Origin: a virus
Taxonomy: Duplodnaviria > Heunggongvirae > Uroviricota > Caudoviricetes
Length of the DNA stretch: 14,550 nt
IMG/VR virus record: IMGVR_UViG_3300006794_000002
Reading direction: 5' to 3' (one strand)
How positions within the stretch are numbered: position 1 is the first letter of the stretch; every line of letters starts with the position of its first letter. Below, piece after piece: positions 13,533-14,550 of the stretch. The notes beneath the pieces were generated by a model. That model saw only the letters and a list, made by a program, of their open reading frames with translations, searched no databases and was not told where the DNA came from. The translations under genes and the position numbers were made by a program.

Positions 13533-14112
13533 CGTCGCGCTCTTCGGTCAGATGTATGCCGGTAAATCTACTATCGCTGACGCGCTAGGAGAAGCCGGTT
13601 ATCACAGGATGTCCTTTGCAGGACCGTTGAAGAACGTAGCGGCCCTAGCCTACGGTACCATCGACAAGACCGGCGAGTACGAAACGATGAGTCCGTGGGA
13701 AGACGCCAAGATCGTCACGCCCGCTTACTCCACTTCGACAAAATCAGGTAGGCAAATCCTACAGGAAGTTGGTCAAGCCATGAAAATGGTAGATCGAGAC
13801 TTCTGGCTGAAGTGTTTCTTCCGAGACGCTAAGAACTACCTTGACACACCCCTTACAGTGGATGATGGACGATTCCTCTTCGAATTCGACGCACTGAGGT
13901 CACAGGGCTGGCTCTCCGTTGGCATCCTGACTCCGGATACAGTGCGTTGGCAGCGAGCAATCTCCCTTAACGGAAGAGAGCCTACGCCAGCGGAGAAGAA
14001 TCATCCATCTGAAACTGAGATTCCGTCAATCCTCGCTAAGTGTGACTTAGTGGTTGACGGCACTACTGATCCTTACGCGAACGCTAAGAGGATACTGGAT
14101 GTCGCACGCTAA
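13525..14112 (+). CDS. deoxynucleoside monophosphate kinase (phage dNMP kinase family)
   Basis: P-loop GQMYAGKST, SFAGPLK, RQILQEVGQ, DFWLK, VDDGRFLFE and HPSET. Confidence 0.88.
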   Translation: MRNVALFGQMYAGKSTIADALGEAGYHRMSFAGPLKNVAALAYGTIDKTGEYETMSPWEDAKIVTPAYSTSTKSGRQILQEVGQAMKMVDRDFWLKCFFRDAKNYLDTPLTVDDGRFLFEFDALRSQGWLSVGILTPDTVRWQRAISLNGREPTPAEKNHPSETEIPSILAKCDLVVDGTTDPYANAKRILDVAR

Positions 14113-14314
14113 CGAAGCGGACTATCGATGTCCGCGATGCAACTGGACGGTTCGTGCTGGAATCCCTCACGAATGCAATTTTCAGATTTGTCACAAGTGT
14201 AACGGCAAGGGAACAATTGGCTGGCGAGAACACGAAACTTGTGACTGGTGCAACGGTGATGGCCTCTGGCACGACCGTCCAGAAGAAGATAAGGGAGCGT
14301 TAGTTCCCGCATAA
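14099..14314 (+). CDS. zinc-finger protein: CPxC...HxC knuckle plus DnaJ-type CxxCxGxG pair
   Basis: 71 aa from ATG 14099 (AGAGGA 6 nt upstream): CPRC...HEC, CHKCNGKG and CDWCNGDG. Confidence 0.72.
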   Translation: MSHANEADYRCPRCNWTVRAGIPHECNFQICHKCNGKGTIGWREHETCDWCNGDGLWHDRPEEDKGALVPA

Positions 14315-14327
14315 GGAGAACCATACG

Positions 14328-14550
14328 GTGAAACGAGACGGATGGGGGGCTTCTGTAACGGGAACCTTCAACTACCTTAGATTCGCAGCAGTACTAATCC
14401 TAGCAGGAGCGCTAACGATTATCGCTTATGGCGCGGTGCGCGGAGCAACTTCTGTCTGCGGCGACCAACGATCAGAGACACGACCGCCAACCCACATCAG
14501 GGTATACATCGGGAGTCAGGACAGAGTTGTTGACGTACCATTTAAGTTGT
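14328..14550 (+). CDS. membrane-anchored or secreted protein, partial (runs off the right edge)
   Basis: Not in the ORF track. TAAGGAG then GTG 14328, open to the edge: MKRDGWGASVTGTFNYLRFAAVLILAGALTIIAYGAVRGATSVCGDQRSETRPPTHIRVYIGSQDRVVDVPFKL. Confidence 0.7.
   Translation, partial: MKRDGWGASVTGTFNYLRFAAVLILAGALTIIAYGAVRGATSVCGDQRSETRPPTHIRVYIGSQDRVVDVPFKL

Noticed and set aside
1-14550. tRNA, rRNA, CRISPR array, integrase, transposase, intron or intein
   Set aside because: None recognised by eye. The helicase and primase are of ordinary length, leaving no room for inteins.

Overview
The window reads as a fragment of a double-stranded DNA bacteriophage (or prophage) replication and accessory region, with densely overlapping genes in two divergent arms. 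The left arm (minus strand, about 1-5817) encodes DUF4326, a YspA-like SLOG protein, a PD-(D/E)XK exonuclease, a DnaB helicase, a MazG-like pyrophosphohydrolase and a beta-clamp-like protein. The right arm (plus strand, 6010-14550) encodes an SSB-like protein, a DnaG-type primase, a holin-like protein and Cys-rich zinc microproteins. It then carries a compact cluster of three glycosyltransferases, a Fic protein, a TagD-like cytidylyltransferase, a HAD phosphatase, a small membrane protein and a dNMP kinase. Four copies of one promoter motif (GTTGGACA-N14-GTG(G/T)-TAnnnT) were found by eye, together with operator-like palindromes and a structured leader with switch-like pairing upstream of the primase. 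The ORF track missed at least four likely genes (two complete, two cut by the window edges). All product calls come from motif recognition by eye; no database search was run. The host cannot be assigned from this window. No tRNA, rRNA, CRISPR array or transposase was seen.
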